Part shown: positions 19,738 to 28,328 of the stretch, one piece after another
Position numbering within the stretch: position 1 is the stretch's first letter
Layout of the letters: each line of letters begins with the position of its first letter
Assembly (NCBI GenBank): GCA_030018135.1
Contig: JASEGJ010000003.1
Span: 7,633 to 71,632 of the forward strand
Length of the DNA stretch: 64,000 nt
Direction: 5' to 3'
Source: Candidatus Hodarchaeaceae archaeon
GTDB lineage: Archaea; Hadarchaeota; Hadarchaeia; Hadarchaeales; Hadarchaeaceae
Translations under genes and position numbers: made by a program
The notes under the pieces: generated by a model
Databases searched by the model: none
Seen by the model: the letters and a program-made list of their open reading frames with translations, nothing else
Told to the model about the DNA's origin: nothing

Positions 19738-20289
19738 ATGGAGACGAAGGAAAAGATCTACTTGAGCATAGTAATCGCGGCGGTTCTTCTCTACTTGGTG
19801 ACTTGGCTTTTGGACCCCACGCGAGTCAAAAAATGCGTTGCCGCGAGTTTTTCTGAAGTGAAGAAACTGTTCATCCCTATCTTGGCAGCGATCTTCGCCG
19901 GAAGTGTCGCAAAGAACCTTCTGCTGGGAAGCCGTTTCATGAAGATCTTGGGTGGTAAATCCAAGCTGAGGGGGGTAGTTGCGGGGGGGACGCTCGGCAG
20001 TCTGTTGCCGCCATGTCCTTACGCCTCCTATCCGTTGATAAAAGGCGTAAGCGACGGAGGAGCCAACTCCCTGAGCACGATGGCGATGCTCCTCGGCCTC
20101 ACGTCGGTGGCGGTGGGGCGAGTTTTCGCCGGGATCGCGATCTTGGGCCCGGAGATCGAAGGACTCAGAATACTTTTTTCATTTTTGGCAGTGATGCTCG
20201 TCGGCACCCTTTGCTTCTACTTTGACCGCGCCTTGGAGGTTAAGAGAAGGTTGCCGCGTGTTCTGAGCCGCGCGAGCGAACCCAAGTGA
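19738..20289 (+). CDS. Membrane permease subunit (COG0701/DUF318-like half-permease), paralog 2
   Basis: 183 aa with GSLLPPCPYASYPLI; tandem paralog. Confidence 0.5.
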   Translation: METKEKIYLSIVIAAVLLYLVTWLLDPTRVKKCVAASFSEVKKLFIPILAAIFAGSVAKNLLLGSRFMKILGGKSKLRGVVAGGTLGSLLPPCPYASYPLIKGVSDGGANSLSTMAMLLGLTSVAVGRVFAGIAILGPEIEGLRILFSFLAVMLVGTLCFYFDRALEVKRRLPRVLSRASEPK

Positions 20290-20479
20290 TCAAATTCGCT
20301 GCCTTAGCTCTACTGCGTGGGGACACTCGCGGTTTTGTTTTCTGGGAGCTAGCATAGTGGCCATCGCATCGGGACCTTAGAGTACTGACAAATTTCCCCC
20401 AACGCCGCTGCTATCCGAACCAACGAGAGATGAAGGTAATACTTTTATTCAAATAGGTAATATCAATTGAGGCGATGCG

Positions 20480-21754
20480 ATGCTCAATTATATGATCGAG
20501 AGAATGACTAGGAAAAAAATTGGAAATGTCAAATTTTCCAGAACCAAACCAGAAATCCCAAATGATAAGGATGAAATCGGTCTATACATCCACATACCAT
20601 TTTGTAAGGTCCCATGTCCGTTCTGCGCTTACATCCGCTATCCTTGGAACCCAAAGCTCGAGCGACCTTACGTGGAGGCCGTGAAGGAGGAGATAAACCT
20701 CTACCGGGAGAGGCTAAGCGACGTGAAAATAAACTCTATATACGTCGGCGGGGGCACCCCAACCATCATGCCTGAGGGCATTGCCGATATCCTCAGACAT
20801 GCCGAGGACACTTTCGACGTGAGCAGCGACATAGGAGTCGAATCAAACCCCGATGATTTGAATGAAAAAACCCTTGAGCTTCTGCTTGACGCCGGCGTGA
20901 GCAAGCTCAGCATGGGGGTACAGTCCTTCAACGACGAGATCTTAAAAGCGATAGGGAGACGAAGCCACGACGCAAAACAGGCGCTTGACGCAATAGAACT
21001 CGTCATGGACAACGGTGGATTTGACACTTTCAGCATCGATTTGATGTTTTCCCTGCCGACCCAGTCCCTCTCCAGTTTGAAGAGAGATCTCGAGATAGCC
21101 ATCGAAAAGGGCGTGCCGCAGGTCGCAACTTATCCCCTCCTCTTGTTCCCCTACTGCAAGATGTACCGCGATGAGAAAGAGGGAAAGGTGAAGCTGCAGA
21201 ACAAAAAAATCGAAAAGTGCATGTACGACACCATCGTGGATTCCTTCACGGATGCGGGCTATGAACCATGTTCGGTCTGGAGCTTCGTAAAGCAAGGGAT
21301 AGACAAGTACGGATCGGTCGAACGCGATGAGTACGTTGGGATAGGCGCGGGGGCGATGAGTTCTGTGAACCAATACTTTTACGCCAACACCGCTTCGATC
21401 GAGGAATACACCCGGACGGTAGGGGAGGGAGCTCTACCAATAACGATCGGGGCAGAGTTCCAGCCGGAGGGCGTCGCGGCGAGATGGCTGTCTATGTCAC
21501 TTTACGAAACGGGGTTCGACAAGCGCGAGTTCAAAAATCGCTTCAGCATGGGTGTCGACGAGAAATTTAAATCATTCCTGCGCTGGCTCAAACTCTTTGG
21601 GATCATAAAACTCGAAGGAGATCACGTCCAAGTTACAAGGAAAGGTATGTGCCCCATCCATCTGATGACAAAAACATTCTTGCTCACGTTCATAGCCAAA
21701 GCGTGCGTCGCGTGCATGGAAAACCCAAAGCCCCTAAACTTGCAGGTAGGCTAA
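20480..21754 (+). CDS. HemN/HemW-family radical SAM protein (coproporphyrinogen III oxidase-like / heme chaperone)
   Basis: 424 aa. HIPFCKVPCPFCAY CxxxCxxC motif; GGGTP motif. Confidence 0.8.
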   Translation: MLNYMIERMTRKKIGNVKFSRTKPEIPNDKDEIGLYIHIPFCKVPCPFCAYIRYPWNPKLERPYVEAVKEEINLYRERLSDVKINSIYVGGGTPTIMPEGIADILRHAEDTFDVSSDIGVESNPDDLNEKTLELLLDAGVSKLSMGVQSFNDEILKAIGRRSHDAKQALDAIELVMDNGGFDTFSIDLMFSLPTQSLSSLKRDLEIAIEKGVPQVATYPLLLFPYCKMYRDEKEGKVKLQNKKIEKCMYDTIVDSFTDAGYEPCSVWSFVKQGIDKYGSVERDEYVGIGAGAMSSVNQYFYANTASIEEYTRTVGEGALPITIGAEFQPEGVAARWLSMSLYETGFDKREFKNRFSMGVDEKFKSFLRWLKLFGIIKLEGDHVQVTRKGMCPIHLMTKTFLLTFIAKACVACMENPKPLNLQVG

Positions 21755-21834
21755 GCGTTGCTTCTCTTCAGTCTTCGGATGGATTTTATTGCAATTGCAT
21801 ATAACAACAACAGTTAAAAACACTTTCACGCTAA

Positions 21835-21854
21835 AAATTAGGCATGCCTAATTT
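21835..21854. promoter_or_regulatory. Perfect 20-bp palindrome AAATTAGGCATGCCTAATTT, candidate DtxR/MntR operator
   Basis: Exact self-complement, 15 nt upstream of the feoA TTG start, between a TATA-like ttaaaaa and the RBS aaggag. Confidence 0.5.
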
Positions 21855-21869
21855 CAAGGAGAGCCGTAT

Positions 21870-22103
21870 TTGAGAAAATTACTCGTTGAGCTAAGAGCGG
21901 GCGAGAGTGGCATCATTGCGGGCGTCACAGGCGGGTTTGGGTTGCAACGGCGTTTGGCAACTTTAGGGATAAAAATCAACAAAAAAGTCCGAATGATCAC
22001 TGCTCAACCGTTCAGGGGCCCTGTTGTCGTGGAAGTCGATGGGGCCCGTGTAGCAATCGGCATGGGAATAGCTTGGAAGGTCCTTGTGGAGGTAACAAAG
22101 TGA
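21870..22103 (+). CDS. feoA: Ferrous iron transport protein A
   Basis: 77 aa SH3-like FeoA. TTG start with AAGGAG RBS. Confidence 0.8.
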   Translation: MRKLLVELRAGESGIIAGVTGGFGLQRRLATLGIKINKKVRMITAQPFRGPVVVEVDGARVAIGMGIAWKVLVEVTK

Positions 22104-23806
22104 GAATACTCCTCATGGGAAATCCAAACGTCGGTAAAAGTGTCGTTTTTTCAAGGCTGACAGGTACCAGCGTGGTCGTGTCCAATTACCCCGGTACCAC
22201 AGTTGAGTTCACGAAAGGCACGATGAAGATTGGGGAAAAGAAAGCAGACGTAATCGACGTTCCGGGGACCTATACCTTGGAGCCAACCACAAGGGCAGAA
22301 GAAGTCGCAGTTGAGATGCTTAAAGAAGGCGATGTGGTCATCGATATCGTCGACGCCACAAACTTGGAGAGAAACCTTTACTTAACGCTTCAGCTATTGG
22401 AAAAGAAAGTGCCTGTGATCGTGGCCCTCAACTTGTCGGACGAGGCCAAGCACAAAGGTATAACTATCGATGTCAAGAAACTCGAGAAATTATTAGACGT
22501 CCCAGTCGTTCCCACCGTTGCCATCACTGGAGAGGGGCTCAAAAAACTCGTTTCTCGCCTGCCTGAAGCCAAAGCACATGCTTACAGACACACCGACGAA
22601 CAAAGATGGGAAAAAGTGGGCAAGATCGTTGAAGATGTCCAATCAGTAGCGCATCGACATCATACTTTGGCAGAAAGGCTAGGGGATGCAACCGTTAGGC
22701 CCTTAACTGGGATCCCAATTGCCATTGGAATAGTTACACTAATGTTCCTTGTGATACGATTCATCGGCGAGGGATTGATTGCCAATGTGTTTGATCCAGC
22801 GTTTGGGGCCTATGAACCCGTAGCGATGAGGATGAGCGAAGCATTAGGTTCTGGCGGCCTCCTCCATAATATCGTAATCGGAAACCTGATCGATGGCGGG
22901 ATAGACTTTACGCAGTCCATGGGCCTATTGACTACCGGGATTTTTGTCCCGTTCGCAATGGTTCTACCTTACGTGTTTGCGTTTTACTTGGTGCTGGGAT
23001 TTCTCGAGGATAGCGGCTACTTACCAAGGCTAGGTGTACTTGTCGATAGTGGAATGCACAGGGTAGGGATGCACGGCCTTGCGGTAGTGCCGATGTTGCT
23101 TGGCTTAGGGTGCAATGTCCCGGGAGCTCTTTCTTCCAGAATTCTCGAAACTCAAAGGCAAAGGTTCATTGCCCTCACGCTCATGGGGATAGCAGTCCCA
23201 TGCATGGCCCAGCTCGCCATAATCTTCGGGTTGGTAGGTCCCTATGGCATCGGAGCTCTGGCGATGGTCTTTGCAACACTTTTTGTGGTATGGGTGGTGA
23301 TTGGGCTCTTGCTCAACAAGGTTTTGGCGGGCGAAAGTCCGGAGATGTTCACAGAAATTCCGCCTTACCGCATGCCGTATTGGGGGGCAACATTGAAAAA
23401 GCTGTGGATGAGGATAAGGCACTTTTTGACCACGGCGATCCCCTTCGTGCTGCTGGGCGTACTTCTTGTGAATGTATTGTATACTTTGGGGATAATCGAC
23501 TTCATGGGTGATATCGCATCCCCAGTTGTTGTTGGGTTGCTTGGGTTACCGCCGGCTGCGGCCGGAGCATTGATAATAGGATTTCTGCGCAAAGATGTGG
23601 CTGTAGGGATGTTGCTGCCCCTCGGCCTGAGCATGCAACAGCTGGTAGTGGCCAGCGTGGTACTGGCGATGTACTTCCCCTGTGTCGCAACCTTCGCCAT
23701 CCTCTTCAAAGAGTTCGGGATAAAAGGCACGATAAAATCTACTTCAATTATGATCGGAATGGCGTTGCTAGTGGGGACTTTACTTAGACTTGTACTCGGT
23801 GTGTGA
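22100..23806 (+). CDS. feoB: Ferrous iron transport protein B (GTPase plus permease)
   Basis: G1 motif [11 protein letters not shown] start overlapping the feoA stop (GTGA), with GGAGGT RBS. Long polytopic C-terminal half. Confidence 0.9.
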   Translation: MRILLMGNPNVGKSVVFSRLTGTSVVVSNYPGTTVEFTKGTMKIGEKKADVIDVPGTYTLEPTTRAEEVAVEMLKEGDVVIDIVDATNLERNLYLTLQLLEKKVPVIVALNLSDEAKHKGITIDVKKLEKLLDVPVVPTVAITGEGLKKLVSRLPEAKAHAYRHTDEQRWEKVGKIVEDVQSVAHRHHTLAERLGDATVRPLTGIPIAIGIVTLMFLVIRFIGEGLIANVFDPAFGAYEPVAMRMSEALGSGGLLHNIVIGNLIDGGIDFTQSMGLLTTGIFVPFAMVLPYVFAFYLVLGFLEDSGYLPRLGVLVDSGMHRVGMHGLAVVPMLLGLGCNVPGALSSRILETQRQRFIALTLMGIAVPCMAQLAIIFGLVGPYGIGALAMVFATLFVVWVVIGLLLNKVLAGESPEMFTEIPPYRMPYWGATLKKLWMRIRHFLTTAIPFVLLGVLLVNVLYTLGIIDFMGDIASPVVVGLLGLPPAAAGALIIGFLRKDVAVGMLLPLGLSMQQLVVASVVLAMYFPCVATFAILFKEFGIKGTIKSTSIMIGMALLVGTLLRLVLGV

Positions 23807-23807
23807 G

Positions 23808-24236
23808 ATGCCATCGGTAAGTATCGACGAATATCTGGAAGTCCTGTGGACTCTACGGGTCGATAGAAATCAGCCCGGAAAGATAAGGGATGTCGCAAAG
23901 TTATTAAAAATCGCGCCGCCAAGTGTGTTCCAAATGTTCGAAAAAATGAGAATGCAGGGGCTGATTAAATATGACAAGCGCTCTGGGGCAGATTTCACAC
24001 GAAAGGGAAAGAGGAGGGCCAGACATATTGTGAGAAGTCACAAGCTTGTGGAAAAACTCCTCGTTGACATCGTGGGCGTTAAACTCGGTGAGGTGGAACG
24101 TCCCGCTTGCGGCGCCGAGCATTATCTGCCAGAAGAAGTGGCTGATGCGATATGTATTTATTTGAAACATCCGCGCGAGTGTCCACACGGAGATCCGATT
24201 CCGAAGGGAAAATGTTGTCCTCAGAGGAAAGTTTGA
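23808..24236 (+). CDS. DtxR/MntR-family metal-dependent transcriptional repressor
   Basis: HTH region SIDEYLEVLW..IRDVAKLLKIAPPSVFQMFEKM. ATG one nt after the feoB stop, in frame with the ORF-track 23790 start. Confidence 0.75.
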   Translation: MPSVSIDEYLEVLWTLRVDRNQPGKIRDVAKLLKIAPPSVFQMFEKMRMQGLIKYDKRSGADFTRKGKRRARHIVRSHKLVEKLLVDIVGVKLGEVERPACGAEHYLPEEVADAICIYLKHPRECPHGDPIPKGKCCPQRKV

Positions 24237-24350
24237 GGGCGCCGATATAGGACCATTGCACAAAAACCTATATTGGCACGAGTAATTCTCTTCTATGGGG
24301 TTAGCTTGTACCAATGGCGTCGCGGTCGGCGAGGGGGACCTGGAAGGCCG

Positions 24351-24653
24351 ATGAAACCCAGGTTCTTGAGCTTCAGGCCCGAAGCGATAACGTTTATGCC
24401 ATCCGCTCCAATAGGGCCACCAATCGCGGGCGAGCCGATCTACATGACTTATGACGAGTACGAGGCCTTTCGCCTGATTTATCACGAAGGGCTGAACCAG
24501 GAGGAGGCCGCCAAGCGGATGAAAATTTCGCGTGGGACGGTGTGGCGCTGCTTAGAGAGCGCGAGGAATAAGGTTGCCTGCATGCTCGTCGAACGCCGCC
24601 CGCTCGTGGTCACGTCTGCACCTCCTCGACCTCCAGAGGAGACAGGCACTTGA
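24351..24653 (+). CDS. DUF134 (UPF0251) family putative DNA-binding protein
   Basis: MKPRFLSFRPEAITFMP N-terminus and sigma-70 region-4-like HTH LNQEEAAKRMKISRGTVWRCLESARNKVA. GGAAGG RBS upstream. The ORF-track TTG start at 24273 was rejected. Confidence 0.65.
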   Translation: MKPRFLSFRPEAITFMPSAPIGPPIAGEPIYMTYDEYEAFRLIYHEGLNQEEAAKRMKISRGTVWRCLESARNKVACMLVERRPLVVTSAPPRPPEETGT

Positions 24654-25489
24654 GCCAAGTCGATAGAATACGGCTCACGGTTTTGGTTGACGATTCCAAG
24701 AACCCGATCAGACCCGAACTCACAGCCAAGCACGGGTTGTCCTTCTTCATCGAATTGAAAGCTGGCAGACACACAACTAGTCTGTTGCTGGATACCGGGC
24801 CGTCCGCCGATGTTGTCCTACAAAACGCTCGGAAGCTCGACATCGATTTGAGGAAGGTGGATTCTATTTTCCTGAGCCACGGACATTACGACCATACCGG
24901 TGGGCTCTTGGGCGTCCTAAAACACATCGGCAAAAAGGTACCTGTGATAGCCCACCCAGAGGCGCTTGAGCCAAAATTTGCGAGGAGGAAGAAGCGTCTC
25001 AAAAAGGCCGGCATCCCTTTTCAAGTTTCAGAGTTGCAGAGATCGAGCGGCATCTTAACTCTAAAACGGGGGTCGACTTCCGTAGCGCCCGGAGTTTGGG
25101 TGAGCGGGGAAATCAAAAGAGTCAGCCCATTTGAAGAGGTAAAGGGGTTCAAGGTTATGAGGCGGGGCAAACTCGTAGAGGATTACATGCCGGATGATCA
25201 GGCTCTTTTCGTGAGGGTCAAGGGCAGGGGGCTGGTGGTCATCACGGGTTGCGCTCACGCGGGGTTGATAAACACGATCAAGCAGGCGCAAAAGGTAACG
25301 GGTTCGAGCGGCGTGTATGCGGTCGTTGGTGGGTTTCACCTAGCTGGAGCAAGTGCGGGAAGGATAAATGCAACCATTGAGGAGCTCCAGAAAGCTGGCG
25401 TGAAAGCTGTCATGCCATGTCACTGCACGGGAAAGAAGGCAATCACAAAGTTCTCGAAGGTCTTTGGAAAAAAAGTGCAACCAGCTTAG
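24650..25489 (+). CDS. Metallo-beta-lactamase fold hydrolase
   Basis: HxHxDH motif (LSHGHYDHTGG). Overlaps the DUF134 stop by 4 nt. Confidence 0.7.
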   Translation: MSQVDRIRLTVLVDDSKNPIRPELTAKHGLSFFIELKAGRHTTSLLLDTGPSADVVLQNARKLDIDLRKVDSIFLSHGHYDHTGGLLGVLKHIGKKVPVIAHPEALEPKFARRKKRLKKAGIPFQVSELQRSSGILTLKRGSTSVAPGVWVSGEIKRVSPFEEVKGFKVMRRGKLVEDYMPDDQALFVRVKGRGLVVITGCAHAGLINTIKQAQKVTGSSGVYAVVGGFHLAGASAGRINATIEELQKAGVKAVMPCHCTGKKAITKFSKVFGKKVQPA

Positions 25490-25518
25490 AACAGGTAATG
25501 TAATCATTCTAAGCACCA

Positions 25519-25532
25519 AAAAGCTTTTATAG
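25519..25532 (+). promoter_or_regulatory. Candidate BRE/TATA (aaaagcTTTTATAG) for the downstream operon
   Basis: AT-rich 88-bp gap; TATA-like element ~45 nt upstream of the ATG at 25578. Confidence 0.3.
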
Positions 25533-25577
25533 AATTATGTGCAATAGCACAAATAGTACAAATAGAGGTGGTAACGA

Positions 25578-25841
25578 ATGTGGTGGCCGGGTTTCGGCTG
25601 GGGTCGAGGCTGGTTTGGACCTTGGCCAGGCAGAGGGCCTTTTAGCTATCTGCCCCCATGGCAGAGACCCGGGTGGTGGTTTGGTCGAGGAGCGTGCTGG
25701 TGGCTCTTCGGACCTTGGGCGTGGTCGATGTTCGGATACCCATGGAGTGGATACCTAGGAACCTACGGGTTTGCTCCGTACGCGATGCCACAGTACCCCT
25801 ACCAAAGATACGTACCATACCCTTATCCGGGATACTGGTAA
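25578..25841 (+). CDS. Trp/Gly/Pro/Tyr-rich small protein (87 aa, 14 Trp)
   Basis: Starts MWWPGFGWGRGWF; SD GAGGTGG 7 nt upstream. A paralogous MWWP start opens the next gene. Confidence 0.5.
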   Translation: MWWPGFGWGRGWFGPWPGRGPFSYLPPWQRPGWWFGRGACWWLFGPWAWSMFGYPWSGYLGTYGFAPYAMPQYPYQRYVPYPYPGYW

Positions 25842-25864
25842 ACAAACAAAAGGAGGTCAAAAGT

Positions 25865-26182
25865 ATGTGGTGGCCTAGAGGTTGGAGATGTTGGTGGTGG
25901 TATATGAATCCATACATGTACCCACCCTACCTACCATACGTGCAAGCGCCGCAGCAACCCTCGCAACCTGCGCCGCAACCCACGCAGCCCGCAACAGTAC
26001 CTTACTACCCGCTCCCACCGTTCATGCCTCCTCCACCGACGCCCGAGCAAGAGATCGAAGCGCTGGAGGCATACAAAAGCGAGCTCGAAGAGGAACTCAA
26101 GGGCATCGAGGCGAGGATAAAAGAGTTGAGGGAGTCCCTAGGCAAAGGATCCAGCGGTCAACCATCTGAAACCGGAAAGTGA
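25865..26182 (+). CDS. DUF5320-like small protein: Trp/Tyr/Pro-rich N-terminus plus C-terminal coiled coil
   Basis: ATG at 25865 with AAAGGAGGT SD, internal to the ORF-track 174-aa frame. MWWPRGWRCWWWYMNPYMYPPY..., then EQEIEALEAYKSELEEELKGIEARIKELRESLGK. Confidence 0.55.
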   Translation: MWWPRGWRCWWWYMNPYMYPPYLPYVQAPQQPSQPAPQPTQPATVPYYPLPPFMPPPPTPEQEIEALEAYKSELEEELKGIEARIKELRESLGKGSSGQPSETGK

Positions 26183-26186
26183 TAAA

Positions 26187-26552
26187 TTGGGGCTTAAAGT
26201 GGCAGTTGCCACGAAGGGGCTCAAAAGCCTAGAGGATGAAGTATCAGATGTCTTCGGCAGAGCTCGAGCCTTTGCAATAGTCGAGACCGAGGGAGGTCAG
26301 ATCAAGAACGCAAAAGCTGTGGAGAATCCCGCAGCTTCATACGAGTACGGAGCTGGACCGATAGTCACAAAAATGCTCGCCGACATGGGAGTCGAGGTCG
26401 TGATCGCTGGCGAGTTCGGTATGGGGGTGTCAGTTCTCCTCAAGGATAAGAATATCCGTGCAGTCAAAGTTAGAGCTGGAACAAATGTCTGCCGGGCCGT
26501 GGATAGTGAATTAAGTGAGAAACAAACTTCGGAGCGATTGTCATGCGGGTAG
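26187..26552 (+). CDS. NifX/NafY/NifB-C-like protein (dinitrogenase FeMo-cofactor-binding domain, PF02579-like), single domain
   Basis: KVAVATKG...FGRARAFAIVETEGG...MGVEVVIAGEFG fits the Nitro_FeMo-Co fold pattern. Confidence 0.7.
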   Translation: MGLKVAVATKGLKSLEDEVSDVFGRARAFAIVETEGGQIKNAKAVENPAASYEYGAGPIVTKMLADMGVEVVIAGEFGMGVSVLLKDKNIRAVKVRAGTNVCRAVDSELSEKQTSERLSCG

Positions 26553-27421
26553 CCATCCCATCAAATAAGCCTGGCGGACTGGATGCTGCGGTCTCCCCCC
26601 ATTTTGGTCGTTGTGATGTATTCACGATAGTTAAAATTGAAAATGGCAAGGTAGTGGATGTAAGCGTTGTTGAAAATCGAGGGACACATTTCGGCTTTGG
26701 AGCAACACCTGCGGAAATCTTGGTTTCGAACGGCGTAGATGCGGTATTAGCTCAGGGTATGGGACCTAAGGCCCTGCAGCTCTTGGCACAAAGCGGTATC
26801 ACAACGTACATGGCCTCGGCTCAAACGGTTGGAGAGGCTGTGCGCGAGCTGGTCGAGGATAAGGTCAGGCTGGCTACAATCGAGGAAGCGTGCAAAGAAG
26901 CAAGAGAACCTTGGTTGCCTCCGGCCCCTATCATGCCCGGTGTGGGGATGGGGATGGGCCGTGGAATGGGAAGGGGGGGGAGAATGATGGGTCCCTCTCC
27001 TTATGGTCCCGCTTACCCACCGATGATCCCCCCAACGCCGTATCCTCCACAAATGCCGAAACCTTCTCCCCCACCAACAGGCCGCTTTAAAGTGGGCGTC
27101 GCAAGCCAGGGGCCAGGGGGACTCGACGACATGGTATCGCCGATCTTTGGCAGGTGCCCGAGCTTTACCATCGTCGAGATCGAAGGGAGAGAAATTAAAA
27201 ATGTAAAGGTGATACCGAATCAATTCGTTTCTACGCCTCGCGGTGTGGGAATCGCTGTGGTCCAGATGCTAGCAAGCGAAGGGGTGAAATTTATTTTGGC
27301 CGGACGATTTGGCCCTTGGGCATCCTCAACTTCTAGTCAATTCGATATCCAAATGGTCATGGTCCCGCCCGGCGTGAGGATTAGGGACGCTATCAACCAA
27401 TACATCATCGGCTCACGCTAG
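26543..27421 (+). CDS. Tandem two-domain NifX-like protein joined by a Pro/Gly/Met-rich low-complexity linker
   Basis: Domain 1 MRVAIPS..HFGRCDVFTIVKIENGKV..; linker PGVGMGMGRGMGRGGRMMGPSPYGPAYPPMIPPTPYPPQMPKPSPPP; domain 2 FKVGVASQG..IFGRCPSFTIVEIEGREI... Confidence 0.7.
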   Translation: MRVAIPSNKPGGLDAAVSPHFGRCDVFTIVKIENGKVVDVSVVENRGTHFGFGATPAEILVSNGVDAVLAQGMGPKALQLLAQSGITTYMASAQTVGEAVRELVEDKVRLATIEEACKEAREPWLPPAPIMPGVGMGMGRGMGRGGRMMGPSPYGPAYPPMIPPTPYPPQMPKPSPPPTGRFKVGVASQGPGGLDDMVSPIFGRCPSFTIVEIEGREIKNVKVIPNQFVSTPRGVGIAVVQMLASEGVKFILAGRFGPWASSTSSQFDIQMVMVPPGVRIRDAINQYIIGSR

Positions 27422-27422
27422 G

Positions 27423-28328
27423 GTGCAGCGATTGAAGGAAATTGTGATCGCTAGTGGAAAGGGTGGAGTCGGTAAGACTACGGTCGCTGCATCGCTTGCA
27501 GTTTTTTTGGCCAAAGCCGGGACGAAAATCGTTGCAGCTGATGCAGATGTTGATGCACCGGATCTCTTGTTGGCGCTGGGTGGCGGAAAGACAATTTCCT
27601 CAACCGAGATCGAAGCTTCAGAAAAAGCGGTGGTCGACGGGTCGAAATGCACTGGATGTGGTAATTGCGTCAGCGCTTGCCCGTTCGGCGCGATTGTGGT
27701 GCAGAATCGTCGACCAACCGTTGTGCGGCTCATGTGTGAGGGTTGCGGCGTGTGCGAGGTTGTCTGCCCCGTCAACGCAGTTGAGGTGAAAAAGGCGGTG
27801 ACGGGCACCCTGAAAATCGAGGATACTAAGTACGGATTCCCGTTGGTGACTGGGTACCTGAGGCTGGGCGAACACAATTCGGGGCACCTCGTAGCGAGCG
27901 TAAAAAAATCCGGGCGGAAGACGGCTGAGGATTTGGGGGCAAGGGCGCTCGTGGTCGACGCAGCGCCGGGTATAGGTTGCCCAGTGATCGCTTCGATCTC
28001 GGGAGCCAGCTATGTTATTGCTGTTACCGAGCCGACGCCTGCCGCCAAGCGGGACCTAGAACGCTTGGTCAAAATCATAAAACACTTCGGGGTCTCGGCG
28101 GGAGTGGTGATAAACAAGGCGAACCTCTCGGACGACTTCAGGGATGCGCTTGAGGACTGGGTAAAGCATGTGCTAGGTTATCAAATTTTAGGCGAGATCC
28201 CCATCGACTACGAAGTTGTTAAAGCTCTGGTGAACATGGTGCCGGTCACTGAGTTTAATCCAAACGCTGAAGCATCGAAGATCTTGACTGCGATAGCCAA
28301 ACGCGTGCGAGATGAGGTTTTACTATGA
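27423..28328 (+). CDS. MinD/ParA-superfamily P-loop ATPase with inserted 2x[4Fe-4S] ferredoxin domain (COG1149-type)
   Basis: Walker A SGKGGVGKTT; CTGCGNCVSACPFGAI and CEGCGVCEVVCPVNAV inserts. GTG start 1 nt after the previous stop. Confidence 0.8.
   Translation: MQRLKEIVIASGKGGVGKTTVAASLAVFLAKAGTKIVAADADVDAPDLLLALGGGKTISSTEIEASEKAVVDGSKCTGCGNCVSACPFGAIVVQNRRPTVVRLMCEGCGVCEVVCPVNAVEVKKAVTGTLKIEDTKYGFPLVTGYLRLGEHNSGHLVASVKKSGRKTAEDLGARALVVDAAPGIGCPVIASISGASYVIAVTEPTPAAKRDLERLVKIIKHFGVSAGVVINKANLSDDFRDALEDWVKHVLGYQILGEIPIDYEVVKALVNMVPVTEFNPNAEASKILTAIAKRVRDEVLL

Noticed and set aside
24273-24350. TTG-initiated N-terminal extension of the DUF134 ORF
   Set aside because: The family-typical N-terminus (MKPRF..RPE..) begins at the ATG at 24351 with its own RBS. 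The extension is Arg/Gly-rich filler.
25658-25864. Upstream 69 codons of the 174-aa ORF containing the second MWWP protein
   Set aside because: A strong SD precedes the internal ATG at 25865. The upstream part overlaps the first Trp-rich gene in another frame.
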